From Raja brachyura (taxonomy: Eukaryota), in assembly GCA_963514005.1 (NCBI GenBank), contig OY740800.1, positions 31,000,001 through 31,064,000 on the forward strand: DNA of 64,000 nucleotides, given 5' to 3'. The notes below the pieces were generated by a model, which saw only the letters and a list, made by a program, of their open reading frames with translations, made no database searches and was not told the DNA's origin. The position numbers and the translations under genes were made by a program. Below are positions 12,600 through 26,996 of the stretch, piece after piece. The number at the start of each line of letters is the position of its first letter. The first letter of the stretch is position 1.

Positions 12600-13650
12600 A
12601 GCCCATCTACACTAGTCCATGTACCTATCCAAATGCTTCATAAACATTGCAATAGTACCTGCCTCAACTACCTCCTCTGGCAGCCCATACACCTACCATC
12701 CTTTGTGTAAAAAAAGTTGCCACACAGGTTCCTATTAAATCTCCCCCTCCCCCCACACATTAAATCCATGTCCTCTGGTTCTCGATTCCCCTACTGAACA
12801 ATACTCAATTTACCCTTTTCTATTCCTCTCATATCTTGTACACTTCTGTATGATCCCCCCCCCCCCCCGCCCACCCTCCCTACCCCTCTCCTGCGCTCCA
12901 AGGATTAAAATCCTAACGTTTTCTTTTCGGTTTTGTACATTGTCCCATGTACAGAGGTACAGTGGAAAGCTTTTGCTGCATGCTATCCAGTCAGCAGAAA
13001 GACAATGCATGATTACAATTGAGCCAATTACAGTGTATAGATACATAAGAGAATAACCTTTAGTGCAAGGTAAAGCCAGCAAAGTTCAGATCAAGGATAG
13101 TCCGAGGATCACCAAAGAGGTAGATAGGAGTTCAGCATTGCTCTCTTGTTGTGGTAGGATGATTCAGTGGGCTGACAACAACTAGGAAGAAACTGCCCCT
13201 GAATCTACAGGTGTGGGTTTTCACACTTCAATACCTGGGAGCGGGGAGAAGCGGGAATGGCCAGGGTGCGACCCACCCTTGATTATGCTGCTGGCCTTGC
13301 CAAGGCAACGCGAGGTATAAAATGGAGTCAATAGAAGGGAGGTTGGCTTGTGTGATATGCCTGCTCAACCTATCTCTATAGCTCAGGCCATCAAGTCCTG
13401 AAAACATCCTTGTAAACCTTGTCTGCACATGTTCCAGCTTAACATCTTTCCAATAACAGGGTGACCAAAACTGAATAATACTCTACATGTGGCCTCACCA
13501 ATGTCTGGTATAACTAACATGACCTCCCAACTTCTATACTCTGACTGATGAAGGCCAATGTATTGAAAGCCTTTTTGACCAGCTTAACTACCTGTGATGC
13601 CACTTTTGAGGAACTATGTATCTGCACTCCCAGATCCCTCTGCTGTGTTC
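12600..13650 (-). mobile_element. CR1 3' fragment interrupted at about 12918-13358 by a Rex1/Babar-like LINE 3' end
   Basis: ORF 13228 includes FTRMFSGLDGLSYRDRL. The insert (gaggtacagtggaaagctttt...) is repeated at 45808-46030. Confidence 0.8.
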
Positions 13651-14467
13651 TCCAGAATGCCCTGCCATTCACTGTTTAATGTACCTATAAAAAGTCTTGG
13701 GATTTTCTTTAATCCCACCTGCCAGTTACATTTCATGGTCCCTTTTGGACCTTCTTATTGCCTACTTAAGAACTTTCCTGCTTGCTTTATATTTAAAGGC
13801 CCAGTCTAAAGGCAAGGGGCTGAAGGAAAACTATGCCAATGAACAATCTTGCAGCAGAGTATTCCAATGCCAGCAAAGGACAACCCATGAAACATAAATC
13901 AGTGAAAAGTTTCGCAGCCGTCAGTTAAATCCTCAGTTATGAGCAAGTTGGCTCCAACCTATCCTATCCGGCTAGAAAGGCACTTCTGCCATGAATATTT
14001 TGAGAATCTGTCAGTTTTGATAGAAAGCAAAACCAGTTTGTTAAAAAACATTTGTTTTGGAGCACTTGCTTATTCAGGACTGTGGTATATATATTTATAA
14101 AATAGGCATATTCAAATATAGATTAGTTAGGCTGCTGCTTTTCACATTTGTTCATGACCAAAAGGTTAGAGCTGCATTATTGAGTACAGCTCAGTAATCT
14201 TTGAAAAACACTTCAAACACGAAACAAATCACTATCCAGGTCTAAAGCCAGAATGAATCCAATTCCACTGGCTCGATACAACTGATTAAACAATGGGCTC
14301 ATGTTCTCATTCTTGAACTTTCAAGTAATAAAAACATAACTACTTAAGGGAGATAAGATTTGTACAGAGAAGATTAACAGGGTTCAGTACAGAGGCTTAG
14401 CTACCTTCAGTTAAACAGAGGGTCAAATTATATACTGTAGTCTTACATATTAGTGATACGTTCAACT

Positions 14468-14650
14468 CTTTTGCTCTGGTATTTCATTTAATACACACGC
14501 TTAATCAATAATATTTTATTATTAATGTTTAATGTTTTATGTATCATTCTTAACTGTCACTATGTCATGTTGTCACTTGCGGGCAGAGCGCCAAGGAAAA
14601 TTCCTTGTATGTGAATACTTAGCCAATAAACTTAATTAATTAATTAATTC
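14468..14650 (+). mobile_element. LINE (Rex1-like) 3' end with (TTAA)n tail
   Basis: aattccttgtatgtgaatacttagccAATAAActtaattaattaattaatt. Confidence 0.6.
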
Positions 14651-15249
14651 CATTCGTTCTTTGCAGTGAACATTTGTGCAAGACTCTTGATGTTCTGTAA
14701 GTAAAGCAGGTGTTTTCCACTCTTCCAACGCACAATAGAAATTTATCCCAAGAGACTAATTATGTCACTTACCTGATATCACGGAATTAATAACTATTTA
14801 AAATAGTGACAACTGCATGAACATACAAGACATCTCCCATTGCAGGAATCACAGCAACCACACTGAAAGGGAACATGAAAATTGCGATAGGGAGATTCTA
14901 CTCGCAATGTGTTCGAATAGAAAAGCTCCCATTCCATATTTACTTACAAAACAAACTCACTATTACACTGACTCCCATCAAGTGAAAGCCAAAGCCATAA
15001 ATGAGCAAACATTTAGCCAGTTGAAGCATTAAAAGTCGTTCAGATCAGATACAAACTCATCTCAGCATCCAAAACAATAGAGTTGAAATACTATGCAGAT
15101 CAACATCAACGCAGAAAAGCCATTCAACACCTCACCAGTATCAAGGTAACGCCACTCAATGCAATCCATTAAAACCTCACCTACTTTTAGCAGTAAACTT
15201 TGGAAAGGTTAGATACTCTGTGATCCAATTCTTTGTGGCAATTCATCTC

Positions 15250-16440
15250 GTCTGATACCAGTTTGCTTCTAGCCTTGGTGTGGTTATCACATACAAGATA
15301 CAGCAGAGATATTCACAAGATCCAGTTGGACTGTAGAGTACAACTGATATCAAAACACAAGACATGTCTGACCAAATATAATTTGTGTCAGCCGGAATTA
15401 ATTTAACTTGTCTGAACACAGGCAGCAGATTAGTGTATGGACACATTTTCACTGATTTTCTATGGTGCAAGGAGTCCGATCAATCCACCGTGAATCCTAG
15501 CTCAAAGGAAAATGTTTGTGGTGCTAGGAGGTCAACATCTCAGCCAAATGACATTGCACAGGAATCCCCCAAGGTAATGTCCCAGGCCCAATCATCTGCT
15601 TCAATGACCTTCCTTCAATTGTAAGGTCAAAAGTAGAGATGTTCAAGAGCATCCCCCAACTAACGGCAGCAAGACCTGGTCAATATCCAGGTTCAAGTTA
15701 ATCGGTGGCAATGTACATTTGTACCCACAAGGGCAATGACAATACTCAACAAGAGAAAATCCAACAAATTACCCTGACATCATCATCACTGAATCCCCCA
15801 TTACCAATATCTGGGGAGTTACCATTGACCAGAAACTGAACTGGAGAAGCCATGTAGGTCATGCGGCTGCAAGAGCAGGTCAGAGAAATAAATCTTGCGG
15901 CATGCAACTTGCTCCTCACTCCCCAAAGTCTGCCCAGCTTATACAAGGATCAAATCAGGGGTGTTATGGACTACTCTTTATTTACCTTGATTAATGTGGC
16001 TTCATCAATACTAAAGCAGCTCGGCACAATCCAGAACATCACAGCTCACATGATAGGCACCCCATCCACAATAATTCATTCGCTCTGCAACTGATGCAGA
16101 GTGGCGGCACTTTGGACAATCTGCAGCAACTTACCAAGCTCCTTGGACAGCACCTTCGCAACCCATGACCTCTTCCATCTGGAAGGACAAGATCAGCAAA
16201 GGCTTGGGACCACCACTACCTGGAAATTGTCCTCCAAGCCACACACCAATCTGACTTTGAAATACATCGCTATTCCTTCTATTCCGCTGCGTCAATCCTT
16301 GACCTTTCTCCATGATTGTGGTATATCCACACCTTCAGGACTGCAGTGGTTCAAGGCGGCAATTCACCAACACCAAACCAAATTAGGTCAAGGACGATTA
16401 AATGCTGGCTCAACGTGCAAAGCCCATCTCCCTTGGAAGA
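15250..16440 (+). mobile_element. Old L2/CR1-group LINE RT 3' fragment
   Basis: ORF 15861 includes LLTPQSL.SLYK.QIR.VMDYS. Related pieces lie at about 11950-12480 (-), 18750-19320 (+) and 58500-59640 (-). Confidence 0.65.
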
Positions 16441-16754
16441 ATATATCACACAAAAACATCTCCCAGTAGAGCAATCCCACCAGTTCCATTTGCTGATAGC
16501 TCAGTTTATTCACTCAACTCCCCTTTGACTCTTTCGCCAATTACCTCAACTGATTGGTAATTTGCAGTTGTCAATTAACCCAGCAGCATGCATTTAAGAC
16601 AAGGGTGGGAATCCATAACGTCAGTATTGAACATGGTTCCTATAATTTGAGGCAACATAGCCCATCCAGAGGATATTGCTGCTCTGATAACAGTGGTAAT
16701 TCCTTATAGAACACCCTTACAGCAGGTAATGCATGCACTTTATTTGGTCAAGTT

Positions 16755-17125
16755 AAGTAGGCTGGGGGGCAGGTGGATGTGTTGACTGGCAGATGATTGG
16801 ACCAAGGCCAGAGATAAAAAGACAAAATGCTGTGAAACAAGATATGGAGAGAGGAGGCATGAAATGCAAAACTAGAGAAAGGGATTTAAGTAGAAGGAAG
16901 CAGGAAAAATAGGGCAGATGAGGGGGAAATGGGCATACATCCAGGGAGAAGGGAAAAAAGGGGGGGGGGGGGGTCCGTCCCATCTCTCTTCCAGCTTTCT
17001 TCCCCCTGCTACAATCAGTCTGAAAAATGGTCCCGACCCCAAATGTTGCCCATTCATGTCCTCCAGAAGGCTGCCTGGCCCACTGAGTTATTCCAGCACA
17101 TTGTTTCTATTTTTGTATCTGCAGC
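16755..17125. mobile_element. Penelope-like pseudo-LTR remnants
   Basis: Purine-rich block followed by acaatcagtctgaaaaatggtcccgacc...gagttattccagc. Confidence 0.6.
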
Positions 17126-18330
17126 TCCCTGTGTCTACTTTACCTCCAAATAATTTGATCTGCAGTATTTTATTTCCATGGAATATTAAGGTTACATTCT
17201 CTGCGCCTCTGTGGCAACAATGTTAAGACCAAATAAAGCTCCTTTGTCAGTTCCTCCGTGTTTCTCTGCCACCCTGATATTGTGGAGTGATCATTTATAC
17301 CTGGCTTCCATGCCTGCTTCATTATTACACCTTTTCATTTCATCACTCCTGCCGTCTACTGCCATTTTGTTCTTATTCTGCTCACTTTTGTTCATCTCCA
17401 ACATCTTCCAAATCTGGTCAAAGGTTATTGATGAAAAGCATTTGTCACTTCTCCCTTGACTGACACCACCCAATCTGCATTATTCATATTGACAGTTTAC
17501 TTCAATTTTCAGAAAAGCCATTTGGCAATATTCTTTGGGGTGTCAGCAGACTGAGAAAATAATTGCTAACAGGAGACAAGCAGGTAACGAAGATGAAGTG
17601 CTGTCTGGATAAAAGTAGCCAGTGGAGTTTTAAGCATTGCAAACCAATGAGAATATTTCCAATGAAATGAACAGTACGTCATTCATGGGTACATTTATGG
17701 GTAATTCTGGCAAAGTTAATGACCAGAAGGATCAATGACCTACACAGTGTCTTGAGACAAATTATTTAAGTAAGATAAATATGACAGATGGATTTTAATG
17801 TTTATAACTGGCAATTGTAAACATCTGTGCAAGATAATAGTGGCTTCATTTTCCATCGCCCACTTTAAATGCAGAATGACAGCTCCCAGTATCGGCATTA
17901 AAATGACACTATTAAAAGGCCATGATAATCTAGTTATGTAGAACTGCACTTAGGCAGGCTTTGAGCTTAGCCTGGTAACGTCACTCAAAAATCATTTTTT
18001 TTAAACGAGAGCTTCACTTTAGTTCATTTCATCGTATCATGTGAAACATTCAACAGTAGAAAGAGATGTAGAAGGCAAACATTCATATCATTGAGCAAGA
18101 TTTATATATACAAGTACCTCACCAGCAAACCTACCCCAGTATCCTGTCTTTAAAGAGACTGGGCTCAGAGGAAATATTTTAAATAGAGTTCCACGAACAA
18201 GTTATGTACAAATTCTATCAATCAAGATGTAGATGAGAGATAAACAAGGGGACAGCAGACAACAAAGTGGTATGATGGCAATGCAGTTTGTACTGTTGGC
18301 TCAGTTCCAGGAAACCAAGTTGCTCCTGAC

Positions 18331-18430
18331 ATCAGTCTGAAGAAGGGTCTCGACCAGAAACGTCAGCCATTCCTGCTCTCCAGAGATGCTGCCTGTCCTG
18401 CTGAGTTACTCCAGCATTTTTTTGTCTATC
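18331..18430 (+). mobile_element. Penelope-like pseudo-LTR repeat with hammerhead-like core; a V-SINE follows to about 18690
   Basis: CTGAAGA-AGGGTCTCGACCA-GAAACGTC at 18337-18364. Confidence 0.72.
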
Positions 18431-21400
18431 TTCGACCCAAATTGGACCCTGACTTCAGGTGCTGCCTGTGAGGAGTTTACACATGGTACCATGTAGGTTT
18501 CCCCTACTTTGCACCAGTTTCCTCCTACATCCCAAAGACAGTGGTAGATCAATTGGCCACTGCAATAATCCCTTGTGTAGGCTGATGTCAAAAAAAAAAA
18601 ATCACAAGTGAAAAAGCTGCAAGGCTGCGGGGGGAATTGGGTTGCCCTGCTTGGGTGGGCGTAGGTTTGATGAGCCAAATTGACTTTTGGTGTAGTAACT
18701 AGTATTTTTCATATTGACTAATAGACCATGTTACAGGAATCGCCCCCCTATAAAATGACTCTCTGGATCTTATTGACGTAATTATCATGGATAAGTATTC
18801 ACCATCAACATCCCGAAGATCGCAACTGAGCAGAATCCTTATAACCATGGTTACACAAATAGGCGAGATCTTGGGTATCGCATAGCAAATGACTCGCCTC
18901 TTGGCACCTCAAAGTCTTTCCACAATCTGCAAGGCACATGATCTCTACTTACCAGTTTCAATGCAGTCACATTCAAGCAGCTTGACTCTCTATAGGACAA
19001 ATCAATTTTGACTGGCATTCTATTTATTGCCCCAAATATTCCTGCCCTCTACATCTTATGCACTTTGACCACAGTGTACAGCACTACAGTAATTTCCCTA
19101 GGCTACTCAGACTGCACCTCAAATTTGTGACCTCTACCACCAAGGACAAACAACAGATTCATGAAAACGCCACCTCCTTAAAGTTCCCCTTCAAACAGCA
19201 TAACATCCCTACTTGGAAACACAATCATTGAGCCTTTCATGGTGTTGGGATGAAACCCAGGAACTCTTAAGTATAATGGAAATAGTTTCACAGAAGACTG
19301 CCACGCTAAGGAATGGCCATAAATATACATACATGCCAGATAATGAAGCAATAAATACCACCATTACCGTCTGCTTTTCCCTCACTCCCAGAATTAAATT
19401 TCAAATGCCGTTATGCTTCACAGTACAAAACCCAGGGTGGTTGAAAGAAACCTGCCAACACAAGAGTGCTGAATAGTCGCTAAACTATTAGAGATTGGTT
19501 ATACTCCTGTAAATGGAAGCAGGACAGATGGCAAACAAAATCTTTGGAGAATTATCCCTCCACAAAAGACTTTCTCACACTACAACTTGACTATTAACAA
19601 GTTGCATGAGGGATTGCAGATGCTTTCAAGCTTTTGCAACACCCAACTGACAACCCAACTACTACAAAGTTTTGATATACCGTTCTGCAACACTTTTCTC
19701 TTAAGTGTTGCGCAAGTACAGGTCAGTCATTTCTTACTAGTGAACTGAAACAAGGTAACAAATTCAAATCACAATGCCACAAGGTGTGGGAAGACCAAAA
19801 TCTGTGTCAGCAGTTTAGTCCACATAGTTTATGTGTTTCTTCAAAGCAAATGGTGTGGTGAACCTATGGAAGGGACTCAAAGAGCGCTTTTGCTGAAAAT
19901 TAAAAAGAGAGGTTGAGCAACTTGCTCCCAACTCCCCAGAGACGAAGCTATTATTCCAGATATAACATTTGCAAGGATCAACTGCAATAAACTTTAAATG
20001 GCAAAGAGAAGCATAATGCAAGGGTGCCTCAAGGCAGCTTAGAAAGGTGTTCTTGCCATTGAGGGACAGTAGGAATTGTACACCAAATTGATTCTGGGGA
20101 TGGCGTGTTTGCCTGGGTCTATAATACCTAGAGTTTATTATAATAGTGGTTTTAAAGAATGAAAATATCCTATGGGACTTGATGGTATAGGAAAAAGTGA
20201 TGATGGCGTGCAAAATACCTAGGATGCAGGAGTTCACACTCCCAAAGGGTCCTACAGGACTGAGATGAGCTGAAATTGCTACACCCAGAAGATAATGAAT
20301 CTCTGCAATTCTCTACCCAAGGGGACTGCAAAGGACATTAATTGAGTAAGTTCAACACAGGATCAATAGGTTATTAAGACATCAAGGGAATCAAAAGTTA
20401 ATGAAAGGAGGGGAAAGATTAGACCTAATCTTATTGATCGGAGCAGACATGAGGGAATTAATTACTCATTTTGGCTTTTAATGTTTCTTTTCTAATGTTC
20501 AATGGATTGATACCCAGTTTTGTTAAGGAGAACATCAGGATTTTGGTGTTATTTAAATATTCCACTGGGAAACAATTTCATTAGTAGGATTTCAGCTCTT
20601 TGGTGTTCCCAACTCATTTTCAGATGAGGCAAAGCAGAAACCTCCCTTCAAATAAACTAGGAAATATTTCCCATTGATCCGAAGCTCCACTGTTAATACT
20701 GAAATGAACTTAAGAACATGTACAATAACATATTTCATTTGTGCTGAAAGAAATGGAAGATCCAGGTATTCTGAAAACAAACAATATGAATTTACCATTG
20801 TTAGTTGAGACATCATTATGCCAGGAAGAACAATTGCCAAAGACGGAACAGATGCAGAGCACAAATGATTATCACAATACTTCATAATCAAACGGCTATT
20901 TCACATAATTTGCTAACTTAAGGTTGGTTCATTAAAAACGTAAACATTTATCACAACCAAAGAAAAGCTAACTTTTTAATTCAGTTGCTGTTGTAAGAAG
21001 AGTCCACAATACTCTAACATATTTTTTGGTAACTTGTGTCTTATTTGCTTTTGTAGCCCATGTATTAATATGACTAGTCCTGTTGCATTTCTGGTGAAAT
21101 GGGGGCCCCCCCCAGGAGATAAATATTGATGGAATTTATATTCAATGGCAGGACCTTCAGGCAGGCAGTTGGATAGTTGGCTTGAAAATTTTCATTGCTC
21201 AGTACTTTTGTTAATTCTCAACCCATGTTGTCGTGGTCTTGCTGCAACCAGGCATAAACTACTTCATTTTCATGAGTCGCAAATAGAACTAAACTTTGTG
21301 CAATCAAACGTCCCCATTTCGGACATCATGGAAGGTTGGTCACTTAGAAATAGAAGGATGGTTGGGTTAGGACACTGTACTGTGCCACTGACTGAAGTGT

Positions 21401-23769
21401 GGCTTTAGGGGGTGGGATAATCTCCAACACACACCACTACTTTATGTGAGGTCTGGCCCGACCAATGAAGTGTTTATCACCTTTTGCCCAGGATCTTTGA
21501 TGCTCACTTCGTCTAATGCTGATGTGAAAGGCAGTCATACATGTCAGGAATTCACCTGTTTGAGTATGTTTGATACAAGGCCGCGCTAAGTTGTGGATTC
21601 AAATTGTTCTGGTGAAATCCAAACAGACATCTACAAGCAGGTTATAGGAAAGTGTCATTTGTTAGCACCCATGACATACTTTCAGGGAAGGAGTGGCAAA
21701 TGGGCAATTTGGTTGATGCAACTCAAGACCCGAGTGTGAGAGACATTTTCCCTTAAGAAACAAAATGAAGTATTATTCATTTATTTCATATTTAACATCA
21801 GGTGATCGAAAAAGCTCTTTAAATATCTAGTTAGTGAATGGGATAGCTTACCAGAGCTATGAAACACTGTCCATTTGTTATGTTAAAAATGGGTAACTTA
21901 TCAAGTCCAAATGCTGTTTGGATCTCTTTGGAAAAACATTACATTCAAGCTTACTCCAAGCCACTAGCAGCCTGGTTTACATTACTTCAGCAAAACTGAG
22001 GAATTGAATAGCTTGGGTACCTATTTCGTAATTGCATTTGCAGCACACCCAACCACGCAAGAAATATTTGGCTTGATGTTAAGCTGGTATGATGAAAATG
22101 GCCCAATGAACCATCACTTTTCTTGTTGGCAAGTACACAAGCAAATAGCAAAGCCAGTGCAAAGGTCAGGGCTTGAGTAACGAGCTCAGGATATTTAATC
22201 AATCTGGAAGTAATGATTAAAGAACAAAGGTGGGTATAAATATTTAGAAAGGAAGAAAAAAAGATTTAAACTAAAGGATAAACACCTCAGTAGGCAACAT
22301 CAAAATACATATCAATCGTGTCTGGCTGTACTGCGTCAAACTCGTTCATTTTCGCATGCTCTCCATTCCCTATATTACAGATTGTTTCCATCTAGTATAT
22401 TTATCCAAACTACCAGATTTTCTTCATATTTTACACTAAACTGCACCAGTTGTGTTTTCTTCTAGCTGTATATTGCATCAAATTGCACCAGTCATATCAT
22501 TATTCCATGCTGTATTTTACAAACTCTAGCACCACCTAGGTTTTCTCAGTGCTGTTAACTGCATCATTCTACGGCACTTTCAATTACGTCACATTTAATT
22601 ACAATCTTGCCAAATATTTGATATTTTAATTTTTATAATTCAAGATGCAATATGCTCCGACCCAATTCAAAGCAAATACAATTGGATGTTTTGGTATACA
22701 AAAACAAACTGGTGCTTTGCAAGGGAAAGGGGGAAAAACATGTCATATTTCAAGAACAATAAGTCATTCTTCGGTCTTTATTCCTTTGCACAAGAGATTT
22801 TAAGGGCTTTTGATAATAACTCAAATTACAATCTTAAACAAAAGTTGCTGGGAATACAAAACCTGTTAACAGGATGAAGGGAGAATTGCTTTGTATTACA
22901 TTAATCACTTATACCTTTTATCTTTGAAACAAGGCAATGATTTCACTTGGGAGTATTAGGGCTGTTTCATCATTGCCAATCCCCACCATTGCTATATTCC
23001 AATAACTGCGCCCCCCCCCCCCCCCCCCCCCGACCCAAACACGGTTTATTCTTCTCTTACACAAGCTATCATAAAGCATCTCATACAATGAAGAGATAAA
23101 TATTTGTGAAAATCTTATTTGAACAAATATTAGCAAGAAATTATTCACCAAAATTCAGCAAGGTACAGCGGTAAGAACGTACCATAGAATCCCTTTTGGT
23201 CCATGGAATCATATTGGCAAGATTGCCAATTACTTTCACTCATCTAAACTTTTCCAGGAAGCCGTCAGTTCCCTCAAGCATTCATCTGATTGATCTTGGA
23301 AAATCACTAGGATACCTTCTCTTTCAGTTAGTACATTCCATATTATAATTTTCTTCCTTCACGTTACCTTGGCTCTGTTGGCACTTACATTGTTTGTCCT
23401 ACTGGGAATCAACTCTCAGAACACTGGGAAATGGCTTTTTTGCTCTCTTGAAATAAGAAAATTAGGAGGTCAAGCCTACTCTTCCATTCACCTGGTCCAT
23501 GGGTGATTTTCTACCTTGGTTCAAAATTCCTACAATATTCCCATATCCTCGATTCCTTGAATGTCAATCAGTTTCGAATGAACTTGGACAGAGTCCCTAC
23601 GACCCTTCAATATAGAGAATTCCAGATATTCATTATTTTCAATATAAAATTGCCTCAGCTCAGACCCACATGGTCACCTTTAAATTTGAGAGTAAGCCAG
23701 AGGGAATCCAGGGGAAGCACTCAACCTGCAACCAGCACCTTGAATGCAGCTCCAGTGAATACAGGCCAG

Positions 23770-24065
23770 GGGATAGCGCAGTGGCGCAGCAGTACAGTTG
23801 CTGCCTCACAGCGCTAGGGACCCAGGTTCGATCCCGAGTATAGGTGCTATCTGCACAGAGTTTGCACGTTCTCCCCGTGACCGTGCAAGTTTTTTCTGGG
23901 TGGGTTTTCTTTGGGTGTTCTGGTTTCCTCTCACATTCTAAAGACGTGCAGGTTTATAGGTTAATTGACTTCTGTAAATTGTCCCTAGTGTCTAGGACAG
24001 AACTAGTGTGTAAGTGTTTGCTGGTGTCCGAAGGGTCAGTTTCCACCCTGTTGCTCTGAACTAAA
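23770..24065 (+). mobile_element. Near full-length tRNA-derived HE1/V-SINE
   Basis: A box tggcgcagcagt, B box ggttcgatccc, V-domain gagtttgcacgttctccccgtg...ggtttcctc.cacat, and a CR1-like tail. Confidence 0.88.
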
Positions 24066-26996
24066 TAATTCCAGTTAATCTCATCATCACCCTTGGAGGT
24101 CATTTGGGAATTTTATTCACATTCACTTTCTTGCATGTATATTCTCTCTCTCTCCCTCCAAACCCCCTCCCCTCCCAGCCCTTGGACCAGCAAATCTCCT
24201 CCAAAGTTTCTCCATTCAAAGGAAAACTAACCCAGCTTTCCCAGTATCTCCATGAAAAGTTTGACATCTGACTCCATTTCAGTACATCTCTCCCAGAGCT
24301 CCAACAAGGCTAGCACACATTTTATAAACTGTGTCCAGTTCAGGCCATAATAATATGGTCAGGAAGTAATCAGGGCTTTAAAAGGTCTATCATAATTTCC
24401 TGGCTTTTGGACCCTATATGTCTTTTAAAACCAATACTTTAATGTCACACCAACCTCAGAGATTCCAGTTTCATGACTTGTTTCTCCTCAAAATAACATG
24501 AATTAGCAGCTTGTCTCATTCTTCCTTCAAAACCACACCTGACTATATTCTTCCATCATATGTCAGGCCATTTTCCCTGGTCTATCAATGTCACTTGACA
24601 TTTGTCATCAACCTTATCAGATATAAAAAGACCAAGGAGTCTTAAAACTGAGAGTTGCAGCATTTAGTATGGCTTATTCTTTATAAGAAATGCTAGTTGT
24701 CACAAGTTACTTTGGGGAAATGACAGTTCAAAATTCACCAGACATTAGAGCATGCGAAAAGTGGTTTGGGGGGGGGGGGGGAAATAGCCGAGCACGCAAA
24801 GAGTAGACATTATGCACGAAAGACAGATCCTGCTGAACATATATTTCAATGAAAGCTGAAAACTATGTTTACAGTTGGCACCAACCCATTGATGGCTCTT
24901 TTGAAGATGTGTCAAGCTGGACCAGGGATTGCAAACAGACCTCAAACTAGTGGGACAGAACATTAAAATTGGAATGAGTTTAAGTACAGTAATTTGTTAC
25001 ATATTTAAATACAAATGGAAATACTCTTTACCCTGGTATTGGACAGACAGAGGGTGATGGCTGACCTCTGCTTACTCTAAAGGCAAACATGCAATTTGGA
25101 GATGGCACATCAAAGCAAGCCTGGACAGTTGAACATTAAGCCAACCACACTAGCCTTCAAGCTGCATATGAAAAATAGGTGTTACCACCCTCACTACTTT
25201 CTGGTGGATTCTGCTGACTGTAGGATCTGTTTCTGTTTATGTGTAGATAGACAAAGTGCTGGAGCACCTCAGGTCAGGTAGCATCTTTGGAGAAAAGGAA
25301 CAGGTGATGTTTCGGATCGGAACCTTTCCGAACAGAAATGTAATCTGTGATTGCTGGATGGCAGAAGAGCAGGCTTTGGACAAGATAAAGGATTCAAGGA
25401 TTTTGCATGTTTACTTTATCGGGTCACAATAGGGCCAATTATAAGCTAACTAACTGCCCTCACAGAATAATGAGTTAGCAAGGGTTACCCATTTCATGTA
25501 AAATGAAGAAAACACAAGACAAGCAAATTTTTAATAATGAAAATTAAGTACAAGAGGGTACTTGAACAACAAAATCTCCTTAGAAGCTACGAGGAAGGAT
25601 GTAAACTGCTGTACCCCATTGTACAATGCAGAGGTCAGTTCTGGGTATTTATAAAGACTAGACTCACTCTTTCTACATTTGCCAGTGAATTATTTTCCCC
25701 AAAAGAAATGTTACATTCACTATCTCTAACCACAAGAATCTTATATTGCACATAAACAGAACAATCAGTTACAGCTCAGTGGTAATCAGCTCAACTCTGA
25801 ATTGGCAGCATCCCATTGTGTCTTGGACACAAATTTACTGAAAAAAACACTGCAAATTTCCAAACCAGCTTGTGATCAATAATTTTCAAAATTCTCTCCT
25901 GAACAATCGCTAACACGACACAATTGGAGTCCGCTGGTGAATTCATAATGGTTGATGGGGTAAATTATCTCACTGCTTGGCAAGGAAATGTGAAAATCCA
26001 TAGATAATGCAGAGAAAATGTAATACTAAGGCAACTTAAATCATTATTAAGGCATTGTCTGTACAAACACATGGAATAAAAATCATCCAACTAAACCCCA
26101 AACTGCCTTGGCAGCTCAGTTTTTAAACCACAAAATTTATTGGCTTGACATTTGCACAAATGCATGACAGGTTTCTTAATTGAGAAAAGTCTGCTTGTCC
26201 GATTTTCACCAATCATCAAAAGTTAGAAAAGCTTTGCTCGAATTAATGACTTAATCCACGAGGTGTGTTTCAATACTTGTCCACCTTTGATATACTTGTG
26301 CACTCTATCATATGACTAGGCTAGTTTGGGTTAGATGAATAACACTTACTGTTACAATAATGAGCCACATATGGCAAAAGGGACCACTTCTCTGTTGCAT
26401 TTTGATTTTGGTTTTGGCTTTAAAATCAAAACTTACCCATTCAGTGCACGGTTCATGTATTTGAGAAGTAGCAGGAAAATAAGTTTAAAATCATGTATAT
26501 CCCACAATAAAGTAATCTGTATATCTCAACACAGCTGTGGCAATTCTTGCATTAACTCAATAAGAGGCGCATAAAGAAAATGGCACAACTCCACACAGAG
26601 CCCAATGCCCTTCAAGTATTTATCTGTTTACCGTGCATCACTGGTAAACAGTAAAACTGGATTACATTGGGATTTCCTCCAATTGTTTTTTTGTGATAGG
26701 TAGGTTAATTGTAACTCACCATAAAACTTAAAACAAAAAGTGTGAATTTGACAATGTGGGTCAGGTATTGATTGAAATCTGAGCCACAAATACTGAGGGA
26801 ATTTGGAGTGTATTAAGGAAGATGGTCAGTGAAGTAACACATAGCAAAATGCCACAGCTTATCAGGGTCAAAACATTTTTAAGGTCCTGAGTTGCAAGAC
26901 TCCTGAATCCAGCAGGTGGATCTTTACTCTTCCCTAATATAACAAAGAATCTTCACGTTAGTTAGCAAGTACAATTATCCACCAGTTACCACCTAC

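Noticed and set aside
23778-23840. tRNA gene
   Set aside because: The A and B boxes belong to a tRNA-derived SINE head that continues into the V-domain, and no complete cloverleaf is evident.
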